DNA from: an uncultured Victivallis sp.
GTDB taxonomy: Bacteria; Verrucomicrobiota; Lentisphaeria; Victivallales; GWF2-50-93
Direction of reading: 5' to 3'
Assembly (NCBI GenBank): GCA_964540865.1
Contig: CAZION010000006.1
Location: 10,367 to 74,366, forward strand
DNA length: 64,000 nucleotides
The notes under the pieces are model-generated. The model was not told the origin of the DNA. It saw only the letters and a list, made by a program, of their open reading frames with translations, and did no database searches. Below, in pieces: positions 10,892-20,873 of the stretch; positions within the stretch are counted from its first letter, which is position 1, and every line of letters starts with the position of its first letter. The translations under genes were made by a program, and so were the position numbers.

Positions 10892-10910
10892 AATCCGAAA
10901 CGGATTTTAT
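10888..10910 (+). terminator. Hairpin overlapping the valS stop codon (possible terminator)
   Basis: ataaaatccg-aaa-cggattttat perfect inverted repeat. Confidence 0.45.
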
Positions 10911-10946
10911 AATTAAATTAAAATTTCCGACAGGAAAATAGTTCAA

Positions 10947-12437
10947 ATGAAAAAAACAAAATCTAATGCTCAAATTGAAAAGGCCCTTAAAGCTTTCATA
11001 GATGGCTCCGACAAGGCTTTCACCGCTGAATATGCTGCAGAGGAGATAGCCAAGGAGCTGAAGCTTGATGTCGAACGAATAATTCCTGAAATAGAGGGGC
11101 TGCTTGCTGAGGACAATTCACTCCTCGACCTCACCAGGGAGGATGAGCTCCGCGAAACATATATTTTAAGGAGAAAGTTTTTCGACAAGGCGGAGTTCTG
11201 CATTTCCCCGACGCAGGATGAAATCGACAAAGGGATACTTTTCCCCGGACACCGGTTCCATCCATTCCTTGACCAGGATATTCTCCCCTTCGATGTTGTA
11301 CTTAAGCCGGAAAACTTGGAAACGGAATTCAAGATGAAAACAGTCAAGGATTTCAGCATTGAAGACCTCCAGCTCTACCATTGTCTGCTTGGTATCCAGC
11401 TGATGCTTTCATATTTCATCCTGAATGACAAGTCCAACGACAAAGCTTTTGATCCGAAAAAGGGAACTGACGTTAAATTGAAGATGAAAGTTTTCGACTT
11501 GAAGTCGTTCTACAAGGAACATTCCTTCAAACTCGGAGACGCCCTCCTTGTGAGTGTCGAGGACTGCGATGAGGGGATTTTCCGGTTCAGCGTCCTGCCC
11601 GGCTCCGAAAAGCAGAGCCACTTTGCGGACATTCAGAACTGGGTTTCCAAAATGGAGAATGCCCTTATGAACGTGTTTGACAAGTTCGGTCCGGGGATTG
11701 ACATTCCGTACCAGCTTGAACAGGCGTTGATAAATGATCAGTCACTGATGGAGAACGTTTTCATAAGTTACGGTGAATTCCTCAAGATCACCCAGAAGAT
11801 ATCCATCAAGCCGTTCGGAATGAAGTCAAACGTCTTGTGGCGCATTGACGATAATCCCATAGACAGCGTTGAGCTGAGTCCGGAATTCGCAATTTCAAGA
11901 GGCAGCGTCGAAAGTCTAGAAAAGATTCTCCGTGAGATCGGAGTGAGCCTGAACCCGCATGAAATAGAGGCGTTCATGAGGGATGAATTATATAATGGCA
12001 GAAAATCCCTTGAAGCCGTCAGTGAGAGGTGTTTCACCGGACGCGAGCTTGTTTTCAGCGATGAAGCGCAGCAGGTTGCGTTTGAGAATTTCATGGATGA
12101 ACTCTGGGAGGAGGTCACGGAAGACTACAACAGGTTTACGGACGAAGTGAACGGTAAGCTCAGGTCGAAGGCGCTCGCCCTTGTCGAGGATCAGATGGCT
12201 TTCCTGCGCAGCCTTGACAGGATAAGGGTTATGCCGGATCAGCTCCCCAGGGATGAGATGCTTGCTTTCTCCGAAATCAGCGGTGTTCTCAGCCAGCTGC
12301 TCGACATTCTGAACAATGCCGCAAACAACATAGGCGACCCTGAAGCCGCAGGAATGCTGGAGATGCTCGGCCAGACCGTTCAAACAGTGGCAGCCATCAA
12401 GGCTTCCATGAAAAGCAAGATCCCAGGCCTGGAATAG
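10947..12437 (+). CDS. Hypothetical protein (496 aa, acidic)
   Basis: Long ORF with RBS; no recognised motif. Confidence 0.75.
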   Translation: MKKTKSNAQIEKALKAFIDGSDKAFTAEYAAEEIAKELKLDVERIIPEIEGLLAEDNSLLDLTREDELRETYILRRKFFDKAEFCISPTQDEIDKGILFPGHRFHPFLDQDILPFDVVLKPENLETEFKMKTVKDFSIEDLQLYHCLLGIQLMLSYFILNDKSNDKAFDPKKGTDVKLKMKVFDLKSFYKEHSFKLGDALLVSVEDCDEGIFRFSVLPGSEKQSHFADIQNWVSKMENALMNVFDKFGPGIDIPYQLEQALINDQSLMENVFISYGEFLKITQKISIKPFGMKSNVLWRIDDNPIDSVELSPEFAISRGSVESLEKILREIGVSLNPHEIEAFMRDELYNGRKSLEAVSERCFTGRELVFSDEAQQVAFENFMDELWEEVTEDYNRFTDEVNGKLRSKALALVEDQMAFLRSLDRIRVMPDQLPRDEMLAFSEISGVLSQLLDILNNAANNIGDPEAAGMLEMLGQTVQTVAAIKASMKSKIPGLE

Positions 12438-12473
12438 CGGCTGTTTTTTACTGTTTCATTCATGCGTCTTTCT

Positions 12474-12501
12474 TTTTCCATCCGCTCCTGCGGATGGAAA
12501 A
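12474..12501. terminator. Intrinsic-terminator-like hairpin
   Basis: ttttccatccgc-tcct-gcggatggaaaa. Confidence 0.55.
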
Positions 12502-12645
12502 CGATTTCTTACGGGAAAGTCCCATAATCCTGTATGATAATTCTCTACTGCATTTCATTTTGTCCATTCCGCTTTAAAAATCCAGATTCGGATTTAACTT
12601 ATATACCTTGCAAAAACAACATTCATTTAGATCAGGAGAATAGAT

Positions 12646-14553
12646 ATGTCTCTGAATATCATTGCTGAACTTTCGAGATTGTATGGGGCGGATACGCGCT
12701 TTGTCCTTGCAGGCGGAGGGAATACATCGTACAAGGATGAAGATTTCCTCTATATCAAGCCGAGCGGAATTGCCCTTGCTGACATGACCGAAAAGGATTT
12801 CGTGAAACTGGACAGGAAAAAGGTGCGGGAGATATTCAGCATTGTTCCGCCTGTTGATGCGAATGAACGCGAAGCTTTCGTGAAAAGGGTTATGGAAAAC
12901 GCTGTCTGCCATGACAGCTCGGGCCGTCCGTCAGTGGAGGCTCCTGTTCATGAGGCGATGGTTTCTGCTTTTGTAGTGCACCTGCATCCGGCCTTTGTCA
13001 ACGGCATGACCTGCGGTCTTGACGGGAAGAGAAGATGCGCTGAGCTTTTTCCGGATTCCCTATGGATTGACTATGTCGATCCGGGCTATTCGCTTGCGGT
13101 CTGCGTCGAGAAGGAAATTGCTAAATTCGCACAGGAAAGAGGTGGCCAGCCAGAGGTTATTTTCATACAGAACCATGGGGTTTTCATCGGCTCGGACAAT
13201 CACGAGGGGATAAAACGCCATTACTCGCACATCATGGAAAAACTTGAAGCGGTTTATAAGTCAGGCAAAGTCGCCACTACGCTTGCGGTAGGAGATAAAA
13301 ATATTGAAACAGTGCTTGCCCTGTCTCCAAAGCTGAGGGGCTGGCTCTCGAACGACTATTCAAGGATGATGGTTAAAAGCTCGGAACCGTTCAATGTGGC
13401 GCAGGGCCCTTTGACGCCCGATCACATTGTTTACGCAAAATCATTTGCACTGGTGAATGACAGTCCGGATCATGTATCACTTGCGAGGTTCGCAGAAAAA
13501 AACGGGTATAAGCCCCTTGTGGTTTCAGTTCCGAAAAAGGCTGTCCTGTGTGCCGCTAAATCCCTTAAGGATGCGAAGACAGTTGAACTGCTCGCGCGGG
13601 ATGCCGCACTTGTCCAGCAATTGAGTCATGCGTTCGGAGGCCCGAACTATCTGCCGGAGAAATCCTACAAGTTCATAGAAAACTGGGAGGTTGAATCATA
13701 CAGGAAGAAGATTTCATCTAGCGGTGGCATGGGCAGGCTTTATGGCAAAGTCGCCATCGTCACCGGAGCCGCCCAGGGATTCGGCCTTGGAATTGCTGAA
13801 GCGCTCGCCTGTGAAGGAGCGACAGTGGCAATTGCCGACATAAATCTCGCCGGCGCCCAGAAGGCGGCCGATGGTATTTCCGCGAAATTCGGGAAAGACA
13901 GGGCATTTGCCGCCGAAGTAAATATTGCAAAGGAGGAGTCGGTCTCCGCCATGGTTTCAAAGATTGTCGAGGCCTGCGGTGGAATCGACCTTTTTGTCGC
14001 AAATGCGGGCGTACTCAAGGCGGGCCCCGTCAAAACCTTCACCAGAAAAGACTGGGATTTCGTTACGGAAATCAATTACACCGGATATTTCATATGCACG
14101 AAATATGTCTCACAGATTATGTCTGCCCAGAACGCCGAGGGAAGCGATTGGTCTGACATTGTCCAGATCAACTCGAAAAGCGGGCTCGCGGGAAGCAGCC
14201 GCAATTCAGCGTATGCTGGCAGCAAGTTCGGGACTATCGGTCTTACGCAGAGCTTCGCCCTTGAGTTGATGGACGATAAAATAAAAGTCAACAGCATTTG
14301 TCCGGGAAATTATTTTGAAGGTCCGCTCTGGAGCGATCCGAAGAACGGCCTATTTGTCCAGTATCTGAACAGTGGAAAAGTTCCCGGCGCGAAAACCCTT
14401 GCCGATGTCAAAAAGTTCTACGAGGACAAGGTTCCCATGAAACGCGGCTGCTATCCGGAGGATGTTGCGAAGGCAATCATCTACTGTGTAGAACAGAAGT
14501 ATGAGACAGGGCAGGCGATTCCAGTCGCGGGCGGCCAGGTGATGTTGAACTGA
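12646..14553 (+). CDS. Bifunctional class II aldolase / SDR (C-terminal domain SrlD-like)
   Basis: GGGNTSYK, RPSVE, HLH, NHG in the aldolase domain; TGAAQGFG, NAG, INSKSG...AYAGSKFG in the SDR. Confidence 0.85.
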   Translation: MSLNIIAELSRLYGADTRFVLAGGGNTSYKDEDFLYIKPSGIALADMTEKDFVKLDRKKVREIFSIVPPVDANEREAFVKRVMENAVCHDSSGRPSVEAPVHEAMVSAFVVHLHPAFVNGMTCGLDGKRRCAELFPDSLWIDYVDPGYSLAVCVEKEIAKFAQERGGQPEVIFIQNHGVFIGSDNHEGIKRHYSHIMEKLEAVYKSGKVATTLAVGDKNIETVLALSPKLRGWLSNDYSRMMVKSSEPFNVAQGPLTPDHIVYAKSFALVNDSPDHVSLARFAEKNGYKPLVVSVPKKAVLCAAKSLKDAKTVELLARDAALVQQLSHAFGGPNYLPEKSYKFIENWEVESYRKKISSSGGMGRLYGKVAIVTGAAQGFGLGIAEALACEGATVAIADINLAGAQKAADGISAKFGKDRAFAAEVNIAKEESVSAMVSKIVEACGGIDLFVANAGVLKAGPVKTFTRKDWDFVTEINYTGYFICTKYVSQIMSAQNAEGSDWSDIVQINSKSGLAGSSRNSAYAGSKFGTIGLTQSFALELMDDKIKVNSICPGNYFEGPLWSDPKNGLFVQYLNSGKVPGAKTLADVKKFYEDKVPMKRGCYPEDVAKAIIYCVEQKYETGQAIPVAGGQVMLN

Positions 14554-14760
14554 AGGATATAGGTGCCGTCGGCATCTTGCCGGACTTCAAAACAGGCGGC
14601 CCTCATTGGCTGATGCGTTGAGAAAACAGGCTAACCCCGCAGAGGTGCCCAGAATCGCGATTGGCGCATTGGGAAAAACAAAGTAAAGTGAATTGAAATG
14701 TTAAGAAACAGGCGGACAGTACAAGTTAAATGTAAATACTATATTTGAAAGGGATTTATT

Positions 14761-15270
14761 ATGGAGCAGAGGCATACAATATCGGTGCTCGTGGAAAATA
14801 AATTTGGAGTACTTGCGAGAGTCGCGGGACTTTTCAGCGGCAGGGGCTACAATATCGAGTCTCTGTCGGTCAATTCCACGCATGACCCGAAGATCTCCAA
14901 AATGACCATTGTCACAAATGGGGATGATGCGATCATCGAACAGATTGACAAGCAGCTCAATAAACTGGTTGACGTGATTAGCGTCGCTGACCTTACAGGA
15001 AGCGAATTCATCGAGCGGGAGCTGATGCTGGTTAAAGTTAAGGCAACTGGCAAGAACAGGGCTGAGGCCATCCAGATTACTGAAATATTCCAGGGAAAGA
15101 TTGTCACTGTCCACAAGGATGAGCTTGGAATATCCATTTCGGGATCTTCTCAGAAGATGGAGGATTTTATAAAGATGATGTCGGATTTCGGAATCATTGA
15201 GATCGCACGCACGGGCCGTGTGGCGATATCCCGCAACCCAGGTCCCACGGAAAATTATTTCGAAAAATGA
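14761..15270 (+). CDS. ilvN: Acetolactate synthase small regulatory subunit
   Basis: HTISVLVENKFGVLARVAGLFSGRGYNIESL, QLNKLVDVI, EIARTG. Confidence 0.93.
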   Translation: MEQRHTISVLVENKFGVLARVAGLFSGRGYNIESLSVNSTHDPKISKMTIVTNGDDAIIEQIDKQLNKLVDVISVADLTGSEFIERELMLVKVKATGKNRAEAIQITEIFQGKIVTVHKDELGISISGSSQKMEDFIKMMSDFGIIEIARTGRVAISRNPGPTENYFEK

Positions 15271-16538
15271 AACTACTGGTAATTCAAGTTGCCGCACTTG
15301 GTTATGAGCTTTGGCAGAAACATGCGAGGGCGGATTTCTGGAAAAAACTAAAGACAAAGAATGTCAAGACAGTTTTTCCGGCGCTGACATGTCCGGTCCA
15401 GGCAAGCTTCAGGACTGCTCTTCCCCCTGAAAAGCATGGAATGGTTGCAAGCGGTTTTTTTGACAGAAAGCTCTGCAAAACTTTTTTCTGGGAACAGTCT
15501 TCATCGCTATATGAAGGGAAAAGGATCTGGGAGAAGTTCCGTTCAAGCGGTGGGACGGTGGGGCAGATCTGCTGGCAGCAGAGCATAGGTTCTGACAGCG
15601 ATCTCATTGTTTCGCCCGCACCGATCCACAAGCACCACGGTGGAATGATTCAGGATTTTTATTCCAAGCCGGACGGTATTTACTCTTCCATCTGCAACAA
15701 GATAGGGCGGAAGTTCAACCTGCATTCCTACTGGGGCCCCTTTACCTCCATCTCTTCAACCCAGTGGATAGCCTCGGCGGCTTCCGAGCTTCTCGTTTCA
15801 AATGACTCGACCGATCTCCTGATGGTTTATCTCCCCCATCTCGACTATGACCTCCAGAAATGCGGGCCAAAATCACCGAAGATCAAGAATTCATTCGCAC
15901 AGGTTGAAACAGAGATTGAAAGGCTTTTTGTTGCTGCGAAACTCGCCGGATATGAAGTGCTCTTGTTTGGAGATTATGCGATTACACATGCCGAACAGCC
16001 GATTTATCCGAACAGAATCCTCTGTAATGCAGGATATTTCACCGAAAGAAATGTCAACGGACGATTATATCCGGATCTTTACACGTCGAAAGCGTTTGCA
16101 ATGGTTGACCATCAGATCGCCCATATTTATCTCAAGGAGCAAAACGATCTTAAAAAAGTTGCCGGAATATTTGAAAATGTAAGCGGTGTATTGAGGATTA
16201 TGACTCGGAAGGAAATGAATCATGAACGATGCGGGGACCTGATAATAGAAGCCGCTTCCGGCTGCTGGTTTGCATATCCATGGTGGGAGAAGGCATCGCA
16301 GGCTCCGGATTACGCTAGCCATGTTGACATTCACAATAAGCCTGGTTTCGACCCGTGCGAGCTTTTCATGTCGATGTGGCCGCCGATGAGCGTTTCACAG
16401 GATGCTTCCAAAATACGAGGAACACATGGCGCATCCTACCGTCCCGAACACGATGTCTTCTGCGGAACAACTTTCGCCCTCGATGAAAAAGTAACTTCAA
16501 TCACAGATGCCGCGGCAATGGTAGAATCCATCCTATAG
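15267..16538 (+). CDS. Alkaline phosphatase superfamily / nucleotide pyrophosphatase (EboF-like)
   Basis: VFPALTCPVQAS, YLPHLDY, DHQIAHIY, VDIHNKPGFDPCELF, GTHG. Confidence 0.8.
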   Translation: MKLLVIQVAALGYELWQKHARADFWKKLKTKNVKTVFPALTCPVQASFRTALPPEKHGMVASGFFDRKLCKTFFWEQSSSLYEGKRIWEKFRSSGGTVGQICWQQSIGSDSDLIVSPAPIHKHHGGMIQDFYSKPDGIYSSICNKIGRKFNLHSYWGPFTSISSTQWIASAASELLVSNDSTDLLMVYLPHLDYDLQKCGPKSPKIKNSFAQVETEIERLFVAAKLAGYEVLLFGDYAITHAEQPIYPNRILCNAGYFTERNVNGRLYPDLYTSKAFAMVDHQIAHIYLKEQNDLKKVAGIFENVSGVLRIMTRKEMNHERCGDLIIEAASGCWFAYPWWEKASQAPDYASHVDIHNKPGFDPCELFMSMWPPMSVSQDASKIRGTHGASYRPEHDVFCGTTFALDEKVTSITDAAAMVESIL

Positions 16539-16613
16539 TTTTTCAGGTAAATAATGAAATTATTTTCCTGAAAAACTATCAGCCAATTAAAGTCATTTTT
16601 CCCGGGCTTATTT

Positions 16614-16675
16614 CGCGTGAACGACGTTGTCGTAACGTGACTCATATCGGATTTCGAGCCTCAGATTTCGGATTT
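16614..16675. repeat. Stacked micro-repeats: ACGT-rich tract plus TCGGATT heptamer tract
   Basis: cgcgtgaacgacgttgtcgtaacgtgactca, then tcggatt tcgagcc tcagatt tcggatt (16647-16674). Confidence 0.55.
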
Positions 16676-16862
16676 TATATACGTTAAAGACATAGAATTG
16701 TGGAATTGATTCGCAAAGACGGACGTCTATTCGTGTGTTAGATACAAAAAAACGGCTTACATTGCGCGCTTTGACTCGTAAAGACTCTTGACTTTTTGAA
16801 TTTTGGTGATATGATTTACGCATGCCGCCGTTTTGTGCATTATATTCTTGGAGGGGGTCATC

Positions 16863-18164
16863 ATGATAAGGGAAGCAATTGAAGATTTAATTATATGGAA
16901 AAATGGAACTCATAGGAAGCCACTGATAATTCGTGGAGCAAGGCAGGTAGGCAAGACATGGATTATGAAGGAATTTGGGAGAATGCATTATGAAAGACTT
17001 GCATACATTAATTTTGAAAACAATGGACGAATGGAAAGCTTGTTCAGTGGGGATCTGGATATTTCCCGGATAATAACAGCTCTGCAAATTGAATCAGGGA
17101 TTAGCATAGAAGCGGATAATACGCTAATCGTATTTGATGAGGTTGCAGAGGTTCCGCGGGCATTGACATCATTGAAATATTTTTGCGAGAATGCACCGCA
17201 ATATCATATAATCGCCGCAGGTTCATTGCTTGGTGTGGCGCTTCATCCCGGCACATCATTTCCTGTGGGCAAGGTTGATTTCCTTGATTTGTATCCGCTT
17301 AGCTTTAACGAATTTCTAAATGCCACCGGCAATGAAAATCTGGTAAGCCCTCTCGAGGCTAAAGATTTTGGACTTATCACAACTTTCAAGGGCAGATACA
17401 CCGATCTGCTGAAGCAATATTATTTTATCGGGGGAATGCCCGAGGCTGTTAAGACCTTTGTTGAAACACATGATTTTAATCTTGTGCGGGAAGTGCAGAA
17501 AAGTTTACTTGCCGCATATGAGCAGGATTTTTCAAAGCACGCCCCAAATGAGGCCGTACCAAGAATACGGATGCTATGGGCATCAATCCCGACACAACTT
17601 GCAAAGGAAAACCGGAAGTTTGTATTTGGCCTTATTCGCCATGCTGCGAGAGCGCGGGAGTATGAGCTTGCCATGCAGTGGCTCCTTGATTGCGGATTGA
17701 TATACAAAGTAGTTAGAATAACAAAGCCCGATATGCCGCTTATGGCTTATCAGGATTCCAGTTCATTCAAGCTGTTTGTTTTAGATGTCGGACTGTTATC
17801 GGCAATGAGTGATCTGGATGTGAAATCTCTTTTAAAAGGCAACACCATTTTTGAAGAGTTTAAAGGTGCGCTGACAGAGCAATATGTGTTGCAGCAATTG
17901 ATAACCAATAAGGATATCACACCCTTTTACTGGACGGCTGAAAGGTCGGACGGTGAAATTGATTTTGTTTTACAACACGGTATGGATATTGTACCGCTTG
18001 AAGTGAAGGCGTCTGAAAATCTACAGGCTAAAAGCTTGAAAAGCTACTGCGCAAGGTATAAGCCAAAGCATGCAATCCGCACATCAATGTCCGATTACAG
18101 GAAAGAGGAATGGCTAACCAATATTCCACTCTATGCGATTAACAGCATCTTGGATTACATGTAG
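16863..18164 (+). CDS. AAA_14 ATPase with DUF4143 (PD-(D/E)xK-like) C-terminus
   Basis: GARQVGKT, FDEV, AAGSLLG, GGMPE, DVGLL, EIDF...PLEVK. Confidence 0.88.
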   Translation: MIREAIEDLIIWKNGTHRKPLIIRGARQVGKTWIMKEFGRMHYERLAYINFENNGRMESLFSGDLDISRIITALQIESGISIEADNTLIVFDEVAEVPRALTSLKYFCENAPQYHIIAAGSLLGVALHPGTSFPVGKVDFLDLYPLSFNEFLNATGNENLVSPLEAKDFGLITTFKGRYTDLLKQYYFIGGMPEAVKTFVETHDFNLVREVQKSLLAAYEQDFSKHAPNEAVPRIRMLWASIPTQLAKENRKFVFGLIRHAARAREYELAMQWLLDCGLIYKVVRITKPDMPLMAYQDSSSFKLFVLDVGLLSAMSDLDVKSLLKGNTIFEEFKGALTEQYVLQQLITNKDITPFYWTAERSDGEIDFVLQHGMDIVPLEVKASENLQAKSLKSYCARYKPKHAIRTSMSDYRKEEWLTNIPLYAINSILDYM

Positions 18165-18210
18165 TTTTTCATTCAAATAAATTCTGCTTGGAATTTATTT
18201 TAGTGAAAAA

Positions 18211-19632
18211 CTACAAATCGAAGATTTTGCCCGGGTTCATTATGTTGTTAGGGTCAAGGGCTTTCTTGATGGACTTGATGACGTTCATATATTCCTCTGA
18301 AACGACGGTAAGCATGTATTTCTTCCGCTTGTGTCCGATTCCGTGTTCGCCTGAGATTCTTCCACCGAGACTTGCCGTGAGTTTGTAGAGTTCCTCAAGT
18401 ATGATGGGGAGCGCTTCCTTCCATTTTTTGTCGGACCATTCAGGGGGAGGGGAGATTCTCGAGTGCAGATTTCCGTCTCCTGCATGTCCGTAGCACGGGA
18501 TCAACACTCCGAATTTCTCGGAAAGTTTTTTGAATTCCGACACTACCTTCGGAATCGCGGCGGGAGGAACAACGATGTCTTCTCCGCTCTGACGTTTTGA
18601 GAATACGCTGAAAGCCTCGGCTATGTTCCTCCTGACTTTCCATATTCTTTCCGAAGTAGTTGGATTGTCTGCGACATAAACTTCAATTGCGCCTTCCTTG
18701 ATGCAAAGCTCACCGACCAGTTCGTAATCCCTTTCGACCTGTTCCTTGTCTCCTCCGTCGACTGTGATGAGGAGCATTGCGCCGGCCTGCTTATAGGGGA
18801 TGTTCTCATTGAGGTATTCGCATGCGGCCTGTACCGAATCCTTGTCCATGTATTCAATTGAGGTGGGCGTGATTCCGGCACTTGTCATTATTTTCGGAAC
18901 TGTATTTATCGCGTCCTCTGAACTTTTGAAAAGGCAGAGAAGATCAACCTGCGCCTTGGGGAGCGGGATGAGTTTTAGGATTATTTTCGTGAAGATCCCG
19001 AGAGTCCCTTCCGAACCGAGCATGAGCTGAACCATGTTGTAGCCGGTCACATCTTTGACGAGCTTTCCTCCGAATTCGACTATCTCGCCTGTGGGCATCA
19101 CTGTCTCCACTCCGAGTACATACCTCGAAGTCACCCCATATTTAACGGCTTTTCCGCCGCCTGCGTTTTCGGCCACATTCCCCCCGATAAAGCATGTTTC
19201 GAGACTCATCGGATAACCCGCATAGAAAAGACCGAACTCCTTAACGTGTTCGTTGATCTCATTTGCGATTACGCCCGGTTCCACGACGATCATCAGGTTA
19301 TCCCTGTCTACCTCGATGATGGTGTTCATCCTGTCAACGGAGAGCAGGATTCCACCGTGAAGCGGAACGGCTCCTCCTGAAAGTCCTGAGCCTGCGCCTC
19401 TCGGAGTGATGGGGATGATTTCCTTATTCGCAAGTTTTACGATCTCGGAGATTTCCTCTTTTGTCCGGGGTCTGACAACTACCTCGGGCATATGCGCATA
19501 ATCCCGTCCGGGAATTTCATCGTGCGAATACGGCTCGAGTTTTTCCGTATCCCTGAAGATCACATATTTCTCCCCGACGATCTTCTTAAGCTCGTCAACC
19601 GTCTTATCTGTAACCGGATTGTATTTCGTCAT
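18211..19632 (-). CDS. FAD-binding oxidoreductase, GlcD/LctD family
   Basis: PRGAGSGLSGG, GGNVAENAGG, GSEGTLG, GHAGDGNLH, SGEHGIG, NPGKIF. Confidence 0.9.
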   Translation of the reverse strand: MTKYNPVTDKTVDELKKIVGEKYVIFRDTEKLEPYSHDEIPGRDYAHMPEVVVRPRTKEEISEIVKLANKEIIPITPRGAGSGLSGGAVPLHGGILLSVDRMNTIIEVDRDNLMIVVEPGVIANEINEHVKEFGLFYAGYPMSLETCFIGGNVAENAGGGKAVKYGVTSRYVLGVETVMPTGEIVEFGGKLVKDVTGYNMVQLMLGSEGTLGIFTKIILKLIPLPKAQVDLLCLFKSSEDAINTVPKIMTSAGITPTSIEYMDKDSVQAACEYLNENIPYKQAGAMLLITVDGGDKEQVERDYELVGELCIKEGAIEVYVADNPTTSERIWKVRRNIAEAFSVFSKRQSGEDIVVPPAAIPKVVSEFKKLSEKFGVLIPCYGHAGDGNLHSRISPPPEWSDKKWKEALPIILEELYKLTASLGGRISGEHGIGHKRKKYMLTVVSEEYMNVIKSIKKALDPNNIMNPGKIFDL

Positions 19633-19753
19633 CAGTTGTCTCCTGTATTGTGAGAATAAAGAACATGTCTTGCAACATTGACTACGAACAAATTCGTATT
19701 TTGATATATCGATCACTAAACATACGAAAGTGGTGATGTCTTTGTTATTAAAA

Positions 19754-19789
19754 ACTTTCGCATTTTAGAACTTTCGAACTCTAGAACTT
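19754..19789. repeat. 8-nt-period micro-array overlapping the etfA stop codon
   Basis: actttcgc attttaga actttcga actctaga actt. Confidence 0.55.
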
Positions 19790-20782
19790 CTTTCCTTCCT
19801 TGATTTCCTTTATCAGTGCCGGGACAACTTCAAAAAGATCGCCGACAATTCCGAAGTCTGCAACTTTGAAAATCTGGGCTTCGGGATCGTTGTTTATGGC
19901 AATGATTGTTTCTGCGGTCTGCATGCCGGCCAGATGTTGGATTGAACCTGATACGCCGACACCGACATAGAGTTTGGGGCTGATTGTCTTGCCACTGAGC
20001 CCTACCTGGTGCGGATAACTCAGCCATCCCCTGTCAACAACGTCCCTCGTAGCGGCAAGCGTCCCGCCGAGTGCGTTCGCCAATTCCCTTAACAGTGCAA
20101 GGTTTTCAGCCTTCTTTATGCCGCGTCCGGCGACAACGACTATTTCTGCGTCATGGAGCGACTGTTCTTCCTCATTCGGGATGAATCCTGTTCTTTTAAT
20201 TTTGCTGCTGAGAAGTTTTTGTTCAGGGTTGATCCTTATGATTTCCCCTTTTCTTCCTTTCTGGATGACGTCTGCGGGCTTTGTGGAACGGGGTCTTACA
20301 GTTGACATCTGCGGACGGAAATCAGGAGTCCTGATTGTCGCCATTATGTTTCCCCCGATTGCCGGGCGTGTCTGTAGGAGGTTGTTTGTGCCGTCTTCAA
20401 TGTCAAGGCCGGTGCAGTCTGCGGTCAGTCCGGTATAGGCTGTCATTGCCACATAGGGGAGGAGTGTCCTTCCTGTTGATGTTGCTCCGCCGAGAATGAT
20501 TTCCGGCTTGAACTTGTCGAGCAGGTTGAGCATGCAGGCCGAATAAGGTTCGACGAGGAAATTAGTGAGTTCCGGCGCTTCTACAGCGACTACCTTGTCA
20601 ACTCCCATGTCAACAAGCTCCTGGAGGTCGGCTCCGTTGATATCACATCCGAAAACCATGGCGCAGAGTTTGCATCCGCGTTTTTTTGAGAGTGCGATTC
20701 CGCGTGTCACCAGTTCGTGCGATATGCGCAGTATCCGCCCGTTCTCCTGCTCCGCCAGTATCCATACGTCTGAACAATTCAT
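19781..20782 (-). CDS. etfA: Electron transfer flavoprotein alpha subunit
   Basis: GLTADCT, QTRPAIGGN, QVGLSGKTISPKLY, GVSGSIQHLAGM. Confidence 0.93.
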   Translation of the reverse strand: MNCSDVWILAEQENGRILRISHELVTRGIALSKKRGCKLCAMVFGCDINGADLQELVDMGVDKVVAVEAPELTNFLVEPYSACMLNLLDKFKPEIILGGATSTGRTLLPYVAMTAYTGLTADCTGLDIEDGTNNLLQTRPAIGGNIMATIRTPDFRPQMSTVRPRSTKPADVIQKGRKGEIIRINPEQKLLSSKIKRTGFIPNEEEQSLHDAEIVVVAGRGIKKAENLALLRELANALGGTLAATRDVVDRGWLSYPHQVGLSGKTISPKLYVGVGVSGSIQHLAGMQTAETIIAINNDPEAQIFKVADFGIVGDLFEVVPALIKEIKEGKKF

Positions 20783-20801
20783 TAATTCACCTTGATTTTT
20801 T

Positions 20802-20873
20802 ACCACTAAACACACGAACGACACGAAAATTAATGTTTATCTTTTTCTGTGTTTTTCGTGTATTCCGTGGTTA
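20802..20873. repeat. Inverted 9-nt-period element overlapping the etfB stop codon
   Basis: accactaaa cacacgaac gacacgaaa ... tttctgtgt ttttcgtgt attccgtgg tta. Confidence 0.7.

Noticed and set aside
14554..14760. Attenuator or riboswitch upstream of ilvN
   Set aside because: No Ile/Leu/Val-rich leader peptide, terminator or recognisable aptamer.
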